This document shows, piece by piece, positions 1 through 9,765 of a stretch of DNA of 64,000 nt. This DNA is from an uncultured Candidatus Saccharibacteria bacterium. Lineage in GTDB: Bacteria > Patescibacteriota > Saccharimonadia > Saccharimonadales > CAZARM01. A model generated the notes under the pieces. It made no database searches, was not told the origin of the DNA, and saw nothing but the letters and a program-made list of their open reading frames with translations. Location: the NCBI GenBank assembly GCA_964463635.1, contig CAYXCB010000001.1, forward strand, positions 7,526 to 71,525, read 5' to 3'. Position 1 is the first letter of the stretch; each line of letters starts with the position of its first letter. The position numbers and the translations under genes are program-made.

Positions 1-147
1 ACGGGGCATCGCTGGCTGAACTGCCAGGTTTTTGATGCTCGCTAAGCCGAGAGGCCACCCAGAGGAATGCCGCGGTGCTAGCCGCCAAGCAGCCTACGAT
101 CAATCCCACCCCCCAAACGTTCATTCAGTTCCACCTTCCAGTAGCGC

Positions 148-975
148 TTATAGCTTTAGTAATAAATATACCGTACCTAGCCCAACAGCGAAAATTATTA
201 ATGAAACTATACTCACTTGTGTCATGCTTCGGCTAATCGATGTTTTAGATAAGGGATTACGGCCAATCGCCACCATACTGCCCCGTACACCACTGTAAAG
301 CAGGTTTCCAGCAACGAGCACGCTGGCAACAGCGATGAAGAACGCCAGATAGACCCTAGGGGCGCTGACTGGCTTACCTGCGATTGACGCGACGCTTTGT
401 TCCAGAAAGCCTAGCCAAGGATTAGACGATTTGAACAAAGGGTTGGCAGCAACTGTTATATCAGATAGCACCCGGCTAAGCGCTACCTCTTGATTACCCA
501 CAACTGCGCTGCCAACTACGTTGGAGTTACCATCAAAAGTCGTCATGGCTTTGCCAGTGATATAGGGTGAATGTCCGTCGGCTTTCATACCCACGCCGGC
601 AACTCTAGATATGGTTAAATAATCCCCGGCCTGAATCGCGCCGTTTTGGTCGCTGACTAACATCTCAAACCTGCCGGATGTTGCAACAAAAACTTTCTGG
701 TCCTCGCTTGAAAGGGTTACTGGAGCGTCATTTGGATCAACCACGATACCGTACATGCGTGACGCATCATTGGCTTTAACAGGTTCTACTTTGGAGTTGT
801 TTTTATCTTGTAAGCGTACGATCATACCGCGTTCTACTGAACTATCGGCACTATAACCTCGGGTAAACTGTTGTGCTTTTAAGAAGCCAGTCAGGCTCAA
901 AGCAATCAAAAAACACAGCGCCATAAAAGCCAGAATGCGTGAAAAAGTAACATATTGAAGAATTTTTGTCTTCAT
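148..975 (-). CDS. hypothetical membrane protein (N-terminal TM helix and two C-terminal TM helices)
   Basis: 275-aa ORF with hydrophobic segments at both ends; no recognisable catalytic motif. Confidence 0.45.
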   Translation of the reverse strand: MKTKILQYVTFSRILAFMALCFLIALSLTGFLKAQQFTRGYSADSSVERGMIVRLQDKNNSKVEPVKANDASRMYGIVVDPNDAPVTLSSEDQKVFVATSGRFEMLVSDQNGAIQAGDYLTISRVAGVGMKADGHSPYITGKAMTTFDGNSNVVGSAVVGNQEVALSRVLSDITVAANPLFKSSNPWLGFLEQSVASIAGKPVSAPRVYLAFFIAVASVLVAGNLLYSGVRGSMVAIGRNPLSKTSISRSMTQVSIVSLIIFAVGLGTVYLLLKL

Positions 976-1011
976 AACTTGTCTTAACTGCTAACAGTAT
1001 AGCGTAAGCAG

Positions 1012-2148
1012 TTAAACCAGGCTAGCTAATACTTTAGCTGTTTGCTCAAGGTCGGACTGGCTGGTTCCTGACCCAAATGTAAGGCGCAGTGAGGAGTAGG
1101 CCTGTTCGTCAGTTCTACCGATAGCCCGAAGTACATGAGAGGCTTCATCATTGCTGGCGCTGCAGGCTGAGCCGGCCGCGCACATGATACCTTTCTCATC
1201 TAGTTCCATGATCAGGCGTTCATTATCGCTGCCGGGAATAGTTATATGCACATTATTCGGCAGGCGAAATTTACTAGAACCATTTACCACCGCGTTCGGG
1301 ATAGCCTTGGTGAGGCCAGCTATAAACTGGCTGCTTAGAATTCTGAGCCGATCACCTTCTTGCTTGCGGCGAGTTTGAACTAAATCGAGTGCGGCCACAA
1401 ACCCGACAATACCAGCGACATTTTCTGTGCCGCTGCGTACATTACGCTCCTGGCCGCCGCCTAGGGTTTGCGGCATAAGCAATGTGCCAGCTTTAATATA
1501 CAGCGCGCCTACTTGTTTAGGCCCATAAATCTTGCCTGAGTTGATGGTCATCAAATCCACACCCAAACGGTCCACATGTAGGTCTAAGTAAGCCGCCGCT
1601 TGGCAAGCATCAGTATGCAAATATAAAGGCAGTTTATTACCCTGCTTGACCCGATCTTTACGAACCTCTGCAACCATACGGCCAATTTCCCGTATCGGCT
1701 GGATAGTGCCGATCTCATTGTTGGCGTACATAACACTCACCAGCACAGTATCTTTATTAATCAAAGATTGCAGTTTGGCGATATTCAAGCGCCCGTCGAG
1801 ATCGACAGGTATTTCCTTAGCCTTGTATTGTTTGGCTGGGGCTAATACAGAGTCGTGTTCAATCGAGCTGACCAGCAGCTGCTTGCCAGGAAACTGCTGC
1901 ATCACGCCATTTATAGCCAGGTTATTCGCTTCGGTACCGCCAGCAGTGAATACGACTTCGCCGGGGCGAGAACCAAGCCAATGGGCAATTTTAGCCCGAG
2001 CTGCCTCAATGTCTTTGCCTACGGCTTTAGATGCCAGATAAGTAGCCGACGGGTTATAGAACTTATCAGCCAAATATGACTGCATGACAGCCTGCACTTC
2101 CGGCGCCACTGGCGTAGCCGCCGCGTAATCCAGATATATCCTTTTCAT
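1012..2148 (-). CDS. cysteine desulfurase (class V aminotransferase, NifS/IscS family)
   Basis: 378 aa. PLP-lysine region INSGKIYGPKQVGALYIKAG, the HTDACQAAA motif and active-site Cys region AAGSACSAS typical of IscS/NifS. Confidence 0.85.
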   Translation of the reverse strand: MKRIYLDYAAATPVAPEVQAVMQSYLADKFYNPSATYLASKAVGKDIEAARAKIAHWLGSRPGEVVFTAGGTEANNLAINGVMQQFPGKQLLVSSIEHDSVLAPAKQYKAKEIPVDLDGRLNIAKLQSLINKDTVLVSVMYANNEIGTIQPIREIGRMVAEVRKDRVKQGNKLPLYLHTDACQAAAYLDLHVDRLGVDLMTINSGKIYGPKQVGALYIKAGTLLMPQTLGGGQERNVRSGTENVAGIVGFVAALDLVQTRRKQEGDRLRILSSQFIAGLTKAIPNAVVNGSSKFRLPNNVHITIPGSDNERLIMELDEKGIMCAAGSACSASNDEASHVLRAIGRTDEQAYSSLRLTFGSGTSQSDLEQTAKVLASLV

Positions 2149-2165
2149 GAGGGAAGGCCGCCCTT

Positions 2166-2537
2166 TTAAGCAAACCGTGCGTAGAGTTCTGTATTCACGC
2201 GCTGTTCGTATAAGTTGGCAGCTTCGACTAGCCGGTCTGCTTCTTCTTTTGGAACTGATTGGTATTGGCCGTTTTGGGCTTTAATAATTCCGTTTGGCCG
2301 GATATCGTAACGAGTGGTTTTCATCTGTCGCTGCCCATTTTTGTCGACCCATTCCTCGTGCCATACCCAAGTATGCTCGTCGAGGCAGAAAAATTCGCGC
2401 CGCCCGCCTGGCTTAACAGGTCCGAACAGTTGTCCGCCGATTTTAGCTTCGTGTCGAATAAGATTGCGATATAGTTCGGCTTTGCGCTCAGCGTGCTTTT
2501 GAGCGCTTAGGCTGTTGAGAATTTTCTTAACCAGCAC
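2166..2537 (-). CDS. hypothetical protein
   Basis: 123-aa ORF co-directional and contiguous with neighbours; no recognised motif. Confidence 0.4.
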   Translation of the reverse strand: MLVKKILNSLSAQKHAERKAELYRNLIRHEAKIGGQLFGPVKPGGRREFFCLDEHTWVWHEEWVDKNGQRQMKTTRYDIRPNGIIKAQNGQYQSVPKEEADRLVEAANLYEQRVNTELYARFA

Positions 2538-2925
2538 GTCGCAACCCCCTCAGGATTTGTTGCTGTTCTGCTGGAGTGCCCAGGTCTTGAGCAATGCGAC
2601 CAAGACGGCGTAATTCACGCAAATGCTCAAGTTCGTCAATGTTATCTTTGGCAGATTGGCTGCCCTGCAGGGCTTCCGGCGCTTCAGGTATTTCTTGGGC
2701 ATGTGTATCCGTACGATTTTTATCAACGTCAATGTCCTGGGCCAAAGCTTCTTCGTTTTTAGTTTCCCCAGGGATAACTCGTATTTCCGGTGCGCCGTGT
2801 TCGGTGTCACGGGCTTGGGTAGTAGCAGTCCTCAGTATAGAAATAGCATTGCGACGCAACACCACTTCTTCGGGGGTGTTGAGTTCGCGATCTAGTTTTT
2901 CCGGGTTATCGGACGGTTGATGCAC
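2527..2925 (-). CDS. hypothetical acidic protein
   Basis: 132-aa ORF abutting tatD (stop at 2926); acidic low-complexity composition; no recognised motif. Confidence 0.35.
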   Translation of the reverse strand: MHQPSDNPEKLDRELNTPEEVVLRRNAISILRTATTQARDTEHGAPEIRVIPGETKNEEALAQDIDVDKNRTDTHAQEIPEAPEALQGSQSAKDNIDELEHLRELRRLGRIAQDLGTPAEQQQILRGLRRAG

Positions 2926-3750
2926 TTATTTCTCCTGGAACTTAAATAGTATTTTAGCATTCGCGGTGGTTGCTTGGGCCATAGTTTCCAGAGGTTCGTT
3001 TCGCAAACCGCTTAAAAATTTGGCTGTCTCCACCACATGTTTTGGCTCGCAGATTGTACCACGATATGGGGTAGGAGTCAAGAACGGAGCATCCGTTTCC
3101 AGCAATAAAGACTCTAATGGCACAGCTTTTGCCGCGTCAAGCTGATTTTCGTCTTTTGTGAACGTCATTATGCCGTTCAGGCCCACATAAAGCCCTCTAG
3201 ACAATATTTGTTTGAGATCTGCAATATCAGCGCTAAAACTATGGACCACGCCCTGAAGGCCCTTATATTGGTCGAAGATCGGCCAGAAATCATCAAACGC
3301 ATCCCGTATATGCAAAATTATTGGCAATTTAAGATTTAAGGCAAGTTCAAGCTGGAAGTGGAGCAGGGCAATCTGATCGTCTTTGGGCGAGTGGGTGTAG
3401 TAATAATCCAGTCCGATTTCGCCAATTGCCACAACACCCTTCTCCCCCGCTAGATTGCGAATTTTTCGCAATTTGTCGGGTGAATGGATGTGGTCTTTGG
3501 CTTCATGCGGATGCACGCCTACGCTGGCCCAGCAGTTTGACTGATTTTGAGCCAATTTTACAGCCATTTCGCTGTCCCGAAGCGTACAGCCCACGCATAT
3601 CAGCGTGCTCACCCCTGCCCTCTCCGCCTCTGTTATCATCTGTTCAGGATCGGTAAAGCCAGCCTTCGCCCATTTGTCTCTGACAAACTCATCCCCGCCA
3701 GCCTGAGCAGACGCCTCATGGATATGGCAATGAGTATCTACGAGTTGCAT
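2926..3750 (-). CDS. tatD: TatD-family metal-dependent hydrolase/DNase
   Basis: N-terminal DTHCHIH metal-binding motif and 274-aa length typical of TatD; start abuts metG. Confidence 0.8.
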   Translation of the reverse strand: MQLVDTHCHIHEASAQAGGDEFVRDKWAKAGFTDPEQMITEAERAGVSTLICVGCTLRDSEMAVKLAQNQSNCWASVGVHPHEAKDHIHSPDKLRKIRNLAGEKGVVAIGEIGLDYYYTHSPKDDQIALLHFQLELALNLKLPIILHIRDAFDDFWPIFDQYKGLQGVVHSFSADIADLKQILSRGLYVGLNGIMTFTKDENQLDAAKAVPLESLLLETDAPFLTPTPYRGTICEPKHVVETAKFLSGLRNEPLETMAQATTANAKILFKFQEK

Positions 3751-5208
3751 TTACTTCTTTGGAACTTCAGCTAAAGGATCTTTACGGGGGAACAAAGTCG
3801 GCTCAATTGGGCGAATTACACCCTCTTCAAACACTTTTCGCATCTTTTGCGATGTCTCGGGCAGGAATGGCGCCAATAGATCGGCAATTTGCAGCAGAGC
3901 GCTGACCTGGTAGGCCAGCACTTCACGTAAGTGCTCGGTATCGCCGTCTTTATGGATCACCCAGGGTTTTTCCTCATCTATGTACTGGTTTAGCCCGCGG
4001 ACCTGTTCCCAGACTTCGTCTAGTGCCCGGTCAAAATGGAAGTTTTCGAGCGCCTGGTGATACTGGGCCACGTCGTGTTCGGCATCCGGACTGTCGCCGA
4101 TTATTCCGTTCTGGTATTGGGTAATCATAGCGGCTGTACGCTGCACGGCGTTACCTAGCTCATTAGCCAGCTCGTTGTTGTAGGCATCGTGCAGGCGCTG
4201 CAGGCTGAATTCGCCGTCTTCATACGATGGGATATGACGCAATATGTAATAGCGCAAAGCGTCGGCGCCATATTCTTTGATGATTTTCACCGGATCGATG
4301 ACATTTCCGAGGGTTTTGCTCATCTTGATGCCGCCCTCAGCATTGATGAAGCCATGTACATACAGGCTTTTGGGTAGTGGCAGGCCCAGGCCTAGCAGCA
4401 TGCCGGGCCAAATGGCCGCGTGAAAGCGAAGGATGTCTTTGCCGATTACTTGGACGTTGGCCGGCCAGAAGTCCTTGAAGTCTTTGTGCTCTGGATAGCC
4501 GAGAACCGTAATATAGTTCATCAGCGCCTCGAACCAGACATACATGACTTGGGTTTTATCGCCTGGCACTGGAATACCCCAGGTAATCTTGCTGGTGGGA
4601 CGGGAAATGCTGATGTCGTCTAAGCCGTCTTTAATGACGTTTAAAATTTCATGTTTGCGGCTGGCTGGCACAACCTGGAATGAGCCGTCTTCAATGGCTT
4701 TGGTGATTTGAGGGGCGTAGCGGCTAAGTTTGAAGAGGTAGTTTTCTTCTTCAAACTTCTCATATTTACGGTTGTGATTGGGACACACGCCACCATTAGC
4801 CTTGACAACGGCTTCGTTAAAAAACTCTTCTTCGCCCGTGCAATACCAGCCGCTGTACTTGCCTTTAGATATGTCTTTTTCTAGCGCTTTCCAGATCAAC
4901 CCTGCACGTTGTTCATGGCCGGAGTCAGTCGTACGGATAAAACGGTCATTGCTAATATTTAGGGTCTTAGCTAAATCCCGAAAGTTTTCACTGACTTTGT
5001 CGGCGAAGGCTTTAGGGGTTAGCTTAAGTTCGGCGGCTTTTTCGGCGATTTTGCCGCCATGTTCATCCGTTCCGGTGCTGAATATTACTTGGTGGCCTTG
5101 CTGTCGGGCATAACGGGCCAGGACATCTGTCAATACAAACTCAAAGGCATGGCCGATATGCGGCTCGCCATTCACATAGGGAATCGAGGTTGTAATGTAG
5201 TAATTCAT
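3751..5208 (-). CDS. metG: methionine--tRNA ligase
   Basis: HIGH motif (PHIGHAFE), KMSKS motif (IKMSKTLGNVIDP) and the MetRS zinc-knuckle region; 485 aa. Confidence 0.9.
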   Translation of the reverse strand: MNYYITTSIPYVNGEPHIGHAFEFVLTDVLARYARQQGHQVIFSTGTDEHGGKIAEKAAELKLTPKAFADKVSENFRDLAKTLNISNDRFIRTTDSGHEQRAGLIWKALEKDISKGKYSGWYCTGEEEFFNEAVVKANGGVCPNHNRKYEKFEEENYLFKLSRYAPQITKAIEDGSFQVVPASRKHEILNVIKDGLDDISISRPTSKITWGIPVPGDKTQVMYVWFEALMNYITVLGYPEHKDFKDFWPANVQVIGKDILRFHAAIWPGMLLGLGLPLPKSLYVHGFINAEGGIKMSKTLGNVIDPVKIIKEYGADALRYYILRHIPSYEDGEFSLQRLHDAYNNELANELGNAVQRTAAMITQYQNGIIGDSPDAEHDVAQYHQALENFHFDRALDEVWEQVRGLNQYIDEEKPWVIHKDGDTEHLREVLAYQVSALLQIADLLAPFLPETSQKMRKVFEEGVIRPIEPTLFPRKDPLAEVPKK

Positions 5209-5217
5209 AGAGGTCTA

Positions 5218-5730
5218 TTATAACAGGGATGTTTGCTCGGGCGGGAGTGAAGCGGCAATGTCCGGACGATGCTGTTTTAGAAAAGTAGCCAGCCGCTCCA
5301 GGAACACTACCCGGCTTTTGACGATTTTGACCGACGCCGTCGGTAGGTCAAACCAATTGGCTTTATCAATTTCCGGAAATTCCTGGATCTCACCTGATTT
5401 TGGTGGCCATTCCACCTTAAAGGTGTTGGAGCTGATGTTTTTGATGTCAATATCGCCCTCCATCGCCCAGATCATAACAACTTTATTAGAAGACTTCGCT
5501 GTTCCAAGGTCGTAGGCTTCGCCAGTGGGTGCCGGCTGGCCAATCTCTTCTTCGAATTCGCGGTGGGCAGCAGCCAAAGCGTCTTCGCCCTCAAACTCGC
5601 CTTTGGGTATATCCCAGGCGGCAGCGTCTTTCCGAGCAAAAAATGGCCCGCCCATATGCCCTAGCAATACTTTAACTTTGCCGTCGTCGACTTTATATAT
5701 CAGCAGCCCGGCACTGGTCTTCACGACCAC
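5218..5730 (-). CDS. Nudix hydrolase
   Basis: Nudix box GEFEGEDALAAAHREFEEEIG. Confidence 0.7.
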   Translation of the reverse strand: MVVKTSAGLLIYKVDDGKVKVLLGHMGGPFFARKDAAAWDIPKGEFEGEDALAAAHREFEEEIGQPAPTGEAYDLGTAKSSNKVVMIWAMEGDIDIKNISSNTFKVEWPPKSGEIQEFPEIDKANWFDLPTASVKIVKSRVVFLERLATFLKQHRPDIAASLPPEQTSLL

Positions 5731-6017
5731 TTCCGTTTCTGATTCTTAACGATTTTGGCTTCGATCGCTTTGCCCAGGTCTATGTCTAGCTGATTGCAGA
5801 TGTCTAGCAGATACCAGAATATGTCAGCCGCTTCCTCGGCCACGTCGTACTTTTTTGAGCCTTTATGGGTTTTGATGCCCTGAGTTTTCCGTGCAGCTTT
5901 AGCGAACTCACCGACTTCTTCAACCAGCAGCAAAAACTTATCCGAAACCGTCTCATCCCCAAACCCCAGCTCTTCAACTAATTGTTCAATACGCTCTTGG
6001 TACTCTGTTATTGTCAT
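5721..6017 (-). CDS. MazG-like nucleotide pyrophosphohydrolase
   Basis: 98-aa all-alpha protein with EEVGEF...EEAADIFWYLL, the MazG/NTP-PPase EExxE...D motif arrangement. Confidence 0.6.
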   Translation of the reverse strand: MTITEYQERIEQLVEELGFGDETVSDKFLLLVEEVGEFAKAARKTQGIKTHKGSKKYDVAEEAADIFWYLLDICNQLDIDLGKAIEAKIVKNQKRKWS

Positions 6018-6029
6018 GGCCCTATTGTA

Positions 6030-6719
6030 TCAATTCAACCCGCTAAAGGTTGATTGTATACCACTAGCTTCTAGTCCCTCGTGATATTCTTGTACCCAAT
6101 CAAATTCTTGAGTACCGATCCGACCTTCTTCACGTAGTACTGCCATGGCTTTACTAAGCCCTGTAACCGTCACTAGGCTATATCCTTCACTTCGTACGGC
6201 CTCTGAGCCTCCCTCTTCTCTATCAAACATCACCACGAAGCCTGCAACTTGGAGATCTTTTTTTTCTATTTCGTCTGCTGTCTCAAGCTTAGAGGCTGCA
6301 TTCGTGACCACATCATCAACACTTATAACAGCATCTCCAATATTTACATCACCTTCAAAAGCCTCATGAATACCATACTCCTTACTTCCCACCCTTCCCC
6401 ATAACATTGAATCACCTCTCCGGTATGCGACCATTCCGCCCAGAGCTGTAAGTGACTGTGGGATTCCGTACAAATGGTTGTAGGGGAGTTCTAATTTGTC
6501 TATGGCGTTTGAGTAGCCATCGATCGCCAGATCACGTATTCGCCTTTGAGCATCTGTTGACAAAAGGCTATTTGTATTAAATGACGGAATCGGCCGTTGA
6601 TTGTAAAAAAGAGGCGATCGACGGCCTGATTTTAGAGTCCACTGAAAATTACTAAATCTTATTGCGCCTCTATCGTAAAGACCTATAACTAGCTCTTCTA
6701 GGTGCTCAAACTCGGCCAT
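6030..6719 (-). CDS. pyrE: orotate phosphoribosyltransferase-like protein
   Basis: WTLKSGRRSPLFYN matches the OPRTase N-terminal motif FTLKSGRxSPyFfN; PRPP-binding-like VISVDDVVTNAAS; directly abuts pyrF. Confidence 0.6.
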   Translation of the reverse strand: MAEFEHLEELVIGLYDRGAIRFSNFQWTLKSGRRSPLFYNQRPIPSFNTNSLLSTDAQRRIRDLAIDGYSNAIDKLELPYNHLYGIPQSLTALGGMVAYRRGDSMLWGRVGSKEYGIHEAFEGDVNIGDAVISVDDVVTNAASKLETADEIEKKDLQVAGFVVMFDREEGGSEAVRSEGYSLVTVTGLSKAMAVLREEGRIGTQEFDWVQEYHEGLEASGIQSTFSGLN

Positions 6720-7510
6720 TATGCTTCTCCAATTTCATGACCGATTGTTTGAGCTGCTTCAAGACCGGTCATGCCATAACCTTTTGCTTGAGTCAGCGGT
6801 CGACCAATTACCAAAAAATCCGCACCAGATTGTATAGCTACGGTTGGCGTTACAGCTGTGGCTTGCTCATCAGGTGTTACTGCATATGGCGGCCGTATAG
6901 CCGGTATAACTGTTTTTAGGTTGGCTGTGTGGGGATCGCTTTTTACTGATTCACATTCCAGCGGTGAGCAAACAATTCCATCCAAGCCGGCATCGGCTGC
7001 CTTGTGTGCGAACTGCCGCACTTTAGTAGCCCGGTCTGCCCCATAGATACTTGTACAAGTTTCAACTGGATTACCGCCCTTATCCTTTTCGATATCACTA
7101 ATAGAAGTAAGGACCGTAACACCAAGTATCCAGGGTCGCATTAGGCGAGGCTCTAGTGCAAGCGCTTCTTCTACTCCTACTACCGCCTCATGCATGGCTT
7201 TGGTGGTGTTTGAGGCGTGGATAGTAATCATGGATCCACCAGCAAGGGTTGCTTCACGCGTACGGCGACGCATCGTATCATCGATATCATGAAATTTGTA
7301 ATCAATCATCGTTAACGCACCGACATGTCCGATACCAGAGACTGCTTGGTCAAGACCCATTCGATCAGCGACTGAGTTCACTTTGGCGAGACCGATTACT
7401 GTGGCGTATTCTACTAGGCTCTCGTATGCTTCGGCCCAATAGTCATAATCAAGTGCGGCAATAATTCTTTCATGCGGCTGCGTTATTTCTTCCAAAGATC
7501 TGATCGCCAT
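6719..7510 (-). CDS. pyrF: orotidine-5'-phosphate decarboxylase
   Basis: IAALDY N-terminal motif, 263-aa TIM-barrel-sized protein, adjacent to the pyrE-like gene. Confidence 0.6.
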   Translation of the reverse strand: MAIRSLEEITQPHERIIAALDYDYWAEAYESLVEYATVIGLAKVNSVADRMGLDQAVSGIGHVGALTMIDYKFHDIDDTMRRRTREATLAGGSMITIHASNTTKAMHEAVVGVEEALALEPRLMRPWILGVTVLTSISDIEKDKGGNPVETCTSIYGADRATKVRQFAHKAADAGLDGIVCSPLECESVKSDPHTANLKTVIPAIRPPYAVTPDEQATAVTPTVAIQSGADFLVIGRPLTQAKGYGMTGLEAAQTIGHEIGEA

Positions 7511-7556
7511 ACAACCCTCGCTTCGCCACCCAGTTTAGTTAATACGTTAAATTAAA

Positions 7557-8069
7557 CTACTTAGTCTGGTTTGTGACAAGTTCTTGGTTACTTTTTTCAA
7601 CCTTAACCATAAAGCTCATTACACCCATAATATCGGGGAAGAATCGCTGAAATTTAATTTGTCGCTGTAATCTCTTGCGAATGACCCGATCGAATTTACG
7701 CATCTCTTTAGATGAGTCAAGCTCATCTACTATCGCCTGTATAGATTCATCTAATTGATCATCTTCGAATGTGACAAAGTCAGGATGTAAACTCGGCGTA
7801 TACTTGATTAACATGGCCAAAGGACCTTCGTAGTGATATCTGGTCTTGCGGGGAATGATTAGCTCCTGGCCGGCCCTAGCATTGATTTCTCCATCCTGGG
7901 TTACGAACTTGCCAAGTCCTTGAATTATTTCGAATTTTACTGCTGAAAAATGATTGGTAAATTCATAGCTCTCTCCAATCGAGTCTACATACATAGTTGT
8001 ACGTGCAGGCCAATCATGTTCAAGCAGTATCACATCCTGTACTCCGGGTCTTTCAGGCAGTTCTCGCAT
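7557..8069 (-). CDS. hypothetical protein (possible cupin-like fold)
   Basis: 170-aa ORF with no motif recognised; the fold guess is weak. Confidence 0.35.
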   Translation of the reverse strand: MRELPERPGVQDVILLEHDWPARTTMYVDSIGESYEFTNHFSAVKFEIIQGLGKFVTQDGEINARAGQELIIPRKTRYHYEGPLAMLIKYTPSLHPDFVTFEDDQLDESIQAIVDELDSSKEMRKFDRVIRKRLQRQIKFQRFFPDIMGVMSFMVKVEKSNQELVTNQTK

Positions 8070-8113
8070 CTCTTATTTGTAACATACCCTGTACTCGTAT
8101 GAAACTGATTCGG

Positions 8114-8314
8114 CTAATAACTGGCAAGGTGCCACAGGTTGCAGTGGCGGCATTTATAGACTTTGAGGCCCGTTCCATAGGACCACTTTGCAAAATTAGC
8201 GGCAGCATTGGCTTCTTTCTCCGTATCAAACGCCAGCTTGTCCACACAAGGTAATTCTTGTTTATCTTCCATGGAGCTGATTTTACACGACTGACAGGCT
8301 TGAGTGCAGTACAA
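8114..8314 (-). CDS. small Cys-rich zinc-ribbon protein (TTG start as drawn; alternative ATG at M15)
   Basis: 66 aa with CQSC ... CRHC pairs, i.e. CxxC-x44-CxxC, consistent with a zinc ribbon; sits between two co-directional genes. Confidence 0.35.
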   Translation of the reverse strand: MYCTQACQSCKISSMEDKQELPCVDKLAFDTEKEANAAANFAKWSYGTGLKVYKCRHCNLWHLASY

Positions 8315-8443
8315 GGAAGAGCTGAAGCGCGGACTGAGCCGTATATTAAATACGGTGAAGGAGCACTGGAAGCACTGACGCAGTAGTGCGCCAAGAGCAG
8401 CAGCGGAGTTCTGGCTCCGCCAGAAGCAGGCTGATGCGGCCTG

Positions 8444-9715
8444 TTAGTCGTCGATGAACTCTTGGCATAAGCGTTCAAAGACAGCATTAGTCCAGCCGAA
8501 GCCGGTTTGGGACGGATAAACGCCTTTGAGCGGCGGCTTACTGGGTTCAACAACGTTATATTTTTCTAGGAAGATATGGTTTTTGTTGAACCAGTCCAGG
8601 TTGGTTTTGATCCACTTCATAGCTATTCGTTTGGCATCTTCATGATAGCTATAGCGCTGCAAACCCTTAATCACCAGATACTGCAGCGGTGCCCAGCCGT
8701 TGGGATATGCCCACTGGGTTGGTATATTGCCCGGCACAAATTGTCCTAACTGCTGGACGTCTGTTGTAGCCAGGCCGCCGCGATTTTCAAACCGGCGCAA
8801 TGCCTTGACCATCTGCATGGCCTGAGTTTCGTCAACCAGGCCGGCCCACATTGGATAAAAACCGGCTAGCGAGCTGACTGTGCCGCCTTTTTGTTTCATA
8901 AAATTGTAGTCGTAATACAAGCCGCGCGCCGGGTTCCACATCAGGTCATACATGTTAGTCTTGCGGTGCTTGGCGGCGACTTCCCACTTACCAGCCGTTC
9001 GCTTGTCGTCAATCAGCCGGTAGTAACGGGCGAAGTCCATTTCATATTTATAAAGCAGCGAGTTCAAATCAGCCGGCAAGTAATCCAAACATTTGCGGTT
9101 AAACCGTGGTGTCATATCCCAGCCGCTTTCCGTCTCGGCGATATCGTTCAGGTAATTAAAGTCATAGTAGCGGCTGAGGCCGCGGTAAACTTGGCGGGCA
9201 TTTGGTTTGCGGGTGCCCATCCAGACAATTTCGTATTCTGCCTCAGCTATTTTGATAGCCCGTTCCAGCCATTTTTGATCCATGTCGTAGGCTTCGTATA
9301 CTTCCCAAATGAAACTGGTCAGAAATGGCGGCTGCGAGCGGCTGGTCAGATACAAGCGAGAAGCATTAGGAATAATCTTGAACCGTTCAAAAAGTATAAA
9401 TAAATCCTCTAAGATGCCAACCACCAGGTCCTTATGCTCCCCATCTAGCATGCCCTGGACCATAAAGTAGCTGTCCCAGTAATAAAGCTCGTCGTAGTCA
9501 AACTCGTGGCCCTTGGCATATGAAGGCACTAGGTATGGATGGGGCAGGCCGATTAAGTTATCGTCGTCTTTTGGATGAGAACGTTCCAGTTTTTTCCAGT
9601 AATTAGCTATATATTCTCGTGCTTCTTCGACATCTTTGGCATGCAGCGAATAGTCTTTCCGAAATGGATTAAAATTCCGTAATTTTATACCGGTTTGCAT
9701 AGCTTTACCAAACAT
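8444..9715 (-). CDS. trehalase (glycoside hydrolase family 37)
   Basis: GH37 signature regions YYWDSYF and QWAYPNGWAPLQ. Confidence 0.8.
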   Translation of the reverse strand: MFGKAMQTGIKLRNFNPFRKDYSLHAKDVEEAREYIANYWKKLERSHPKDDDNLIGLPHPYLVPSYAKGHEFDYDELYYWDSYFMVQGMLDGEHKDLVVGILEDLFILFERFKIIPNASRLYLTSRSQPPFLTSFIWEVYEAYDMDQKWLERAIKIAEAEYEIVWMGTRKPNARQVYRGLSRYYDFNYLNDIAETESGWDMTPRFNRKCLDYLPADLNSLLYKYEMDFARYYRLIDDKRTAGKWEVAAKHRKTNMYDLMWNPARGLYYDYNFMKQKGGTVSSLAGFYPMWAGLVDETQAMQMVKALRRFENRGGLATTDVQQLGQFVPGNIPTQWAYPNGWAPLQYLVIKGLQRYSYHEDAKRIAMKWIKTNLDWFNKNHIFLEKYNVVEPSKPPLKGVYPSQTGFGWTNAVFERLCQEFIDD

Positions 9716-9765
9716 CTATTCCCAGACTAGGTCATCTGAGAGTAGGCGTCAATAAGCCTTAAGAA

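Noticed and set aside
32-298. 88-aa plus-strand ORF at the window start
   Set aside because: Antisense to and overlapping the 148..975 membrane-protein gene; no SD; low-complexity translation.
8053-8553. 166-aa ORF overlapping the zinc-ribbon ORF and trehalase 3' end
   Set aside because: Low-complexity Ala/Ser/Pro/Arg-rich translation, overlaps two better-supported genes on the same strand in another frame; typical GC-driven spurious ORF.
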